This document shows positions 27,442-28,644 of a stretch of DNA of 28,644 nt, in pieces. The stretch is from NCBI GenBank assembly GCA_044238565.1, contig JBIIDD010000001.1, forward strand, positions 1 through 28,644, written 5' to 3'. The notes under the pieces are model-generated. The model did not search any database. It worked only from the letters and a program-made list of their open reading frames with translations, and was not told the DNA's origin. The position numbers and the translations under genes are program-made. Source of the stretch: Candidatus Nanopelagicales bacterium. Its GTDB lineage: Bacteria; Actinomycetota; Actinomycetes; S36-B12. How positions within the stretch are numbered: position 1 is the first letter of the stretch; each line of letters starts with the position of its first letter.

Positions 27442-28302
27442 GTGGCCGCTCCGCCGGAGACGAGCCCACGCCGTCGCCGCCAGGGCACCGGCGGCGACGC
27501 CGCGATGCCACTCGTCGAACATCTGCGCGAACTGCGTAGCAGGCTCGTCAAGGCCAGTCTCGCGATTCTCGTGGGCATGGTCATCGGGTGGATCTACTAT
27601 GCGGCGATCTTCGCGTGGCTGTCAGCGCCCTTCGAAGCAGTCGTCGAACAGGCTCGGGCCGAGGGCCGCGACATCACACTCGCACTCACCGGCGTCGCAG
27701 ATCCCTTCGTCCTTCAGCTCCAGATCTCCGCTGTCACCGGGCTGCTGCTCTCGTCACCCGTCTGGCTCTATCAGCTCTGGCGGTTCGTCACCCCCGGCCT
27801 GCGCCGATATGAGCGCCGCTGGGCCATTGGCTTCGTCGTCGTCGCCGTGCCACTCTTCGCCTCGGGTGTCATGCTCGCCTACTTCGTGCTGCCCTACGGC
27901 CTCGAATTGCTCTTCGGGTTCACGCCGGAGAACGTCGAGAACATCGTCGCGGTCGATCGCTACCTGTCCTTCTTCATCCGCATGGTCATCGTCTTCGGGG
28001 TGGGCTTCCTCGCGCCGCTCATGCTGGTGCTTCTCAATTTCGCCGGCGTCCTGACCGGCAAGAAACTCCTGTCGTGGTGGCGCTGGATCATCTTCATCAC
28101 CTTCATCTTCGCCGCGGTCGCCACTCCGACCGGTGATCCCATCAACATGCTCCTCCTTGCAGGACCCATCCTCGTCCTCATGACCCTGGCGATTGCCATC
28201 TGCGTGGCCAACGACAAGCGGCGCGCACGCAAGGGCGAGCCCAGCTACGACGAGTGGGACGACGACGACGCCTCGCCCCTCGCGTCCGCCGATCAGGATT
28301 AG
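27442..28302 (+). CDS. tatC: Twin-arginine translocase subunit TatC
   Basis: MPLVEHLRELRSRL, YQLWRFVTPGL, AAVATPTGDP. Confidence 0.95.
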   Translation: MAAPPETSPRRRRQGTGGDAAMPLVEHLRELRSRLVKASLAILVGMVIGWIYYAAIFAWLSAPFEAVVEQARAEGRDITLALTGVADPFVLQLQISAVTGLLLSSPVWLYQLWRFVTPGLRRYERRWAIGFVVVAVPLFASGVMLAYFVLPYGLELLFGFTPENVENIVAVDRYLSFFIRMVIVFGVGFLAPLMLVLLNFAGVLTGKKLLSWWRWIIFITFIFAAVATPTGDPINMLLLAGPILVLMTLAIAICVANDKRRARKGEPSYDEWDDDDASPLASADQD

Positions 28303-28307
28303 GCCAC

Positions 28308-28644
28308 GTGACGCTGACCGTCGTGGCGAACCCTGCATCGGGTCGAGGGCGCGTCGCACGTCTGCTGCCCGAGATCACCGCGACCCTTGCGGCCGACGGG
28401 ATCAAGGCGCGGGTCATCACGACCCAGGACGCCCAGGACCTGCGCGAGGCGGTGCGCGGAGCGCGTGAGGCAGGAGATGCTCGGGTCATCGTCTGCGGCG
28501 GGGACGGCAGCCTCCACCTTGCGGCTCAGGAGCTCGTGGGCGGCCAGACCGCCCTGGCCATCGTGCCTGCCGGCACCGGCGACGACAACGCTCGCACCCT
28601 CGGCATCCCCAGGCGCAGTGCCGGCGAGGCCACCCGTCTTGCGG
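28308..28644 (+). CDS. Diacylglycerol/lipid kinase family (YegS/Rv2252/BmrU), 5' part; runs off the window
   Basis: Own translation from GTG 28308: MTLTVVANPASGRG...VIVCGGDGS...AIVPAGTGDDNARTLGIP (NPxSG, GGDG, PxGTG motifs). Absent from the ORF track because it has no stop in the window. Confidence 0.88.
   Translation, partial: MTLTVVANPASGRGRVARLLPEITATLAADGIKARVITTQDAQDLREAVRGAREAGDARVIVCGGDGSLHLAAQELVGGQTALAIVPAGTGDDNARTLGIPRRSAGEATRLA

Noticed and set aside
28560-28590. Lipid kinase motif reads GTGDD rather than GTGND
   Set aside because: A single substitution in a partial gene; not enough to suggest altered function.
1-28644. PafBC-type promoter motif (TGTCGG-N10-TA) and CRISPR, IS or integrase signatures
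   Set aside because: The TGTCGG/CCGACA occurrences I inspected lacked the correctly spaced TA. No repeat-spacer array, transposase or integrase was seen. The manual scan is not exhaustive.

Overview
High-GC actinobacterial chromosomal segment. From about 3.4 kb onward it is mostly the conserved tRNA-Leu(GAG)-M20 peptidase-uppP-corA-mshC neighbourhood, followed by the complete Pup-proteasome cluster (trmI, arc, dop, pup, prcB, prcA, pafA, two FKBPs, pafB, pafC, tatA, tatC, lipid kinase). A divergent gnd/pgi pair sits between mshC and the PAC2-family gene. Downstream of the tRNA 3' end (1-3.3 kb) is an accessory-looking block: a minimal GluRS/GluQ-like paralog coupled to an orphan meta-cleavage hydrolase, an SDR, and a tightly coupled pair encoding a HicA-like protein (no HicB) and an eRF1/baeRF-like protein. 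That pair is the best candidate for an uncharacterised system. Other notable points are an aldo/keto reductase with a degenerate catalytic tetrad and a pervasive leaderless-promoter signature. All family calls come from motif recognition by eye; no database searches were run.
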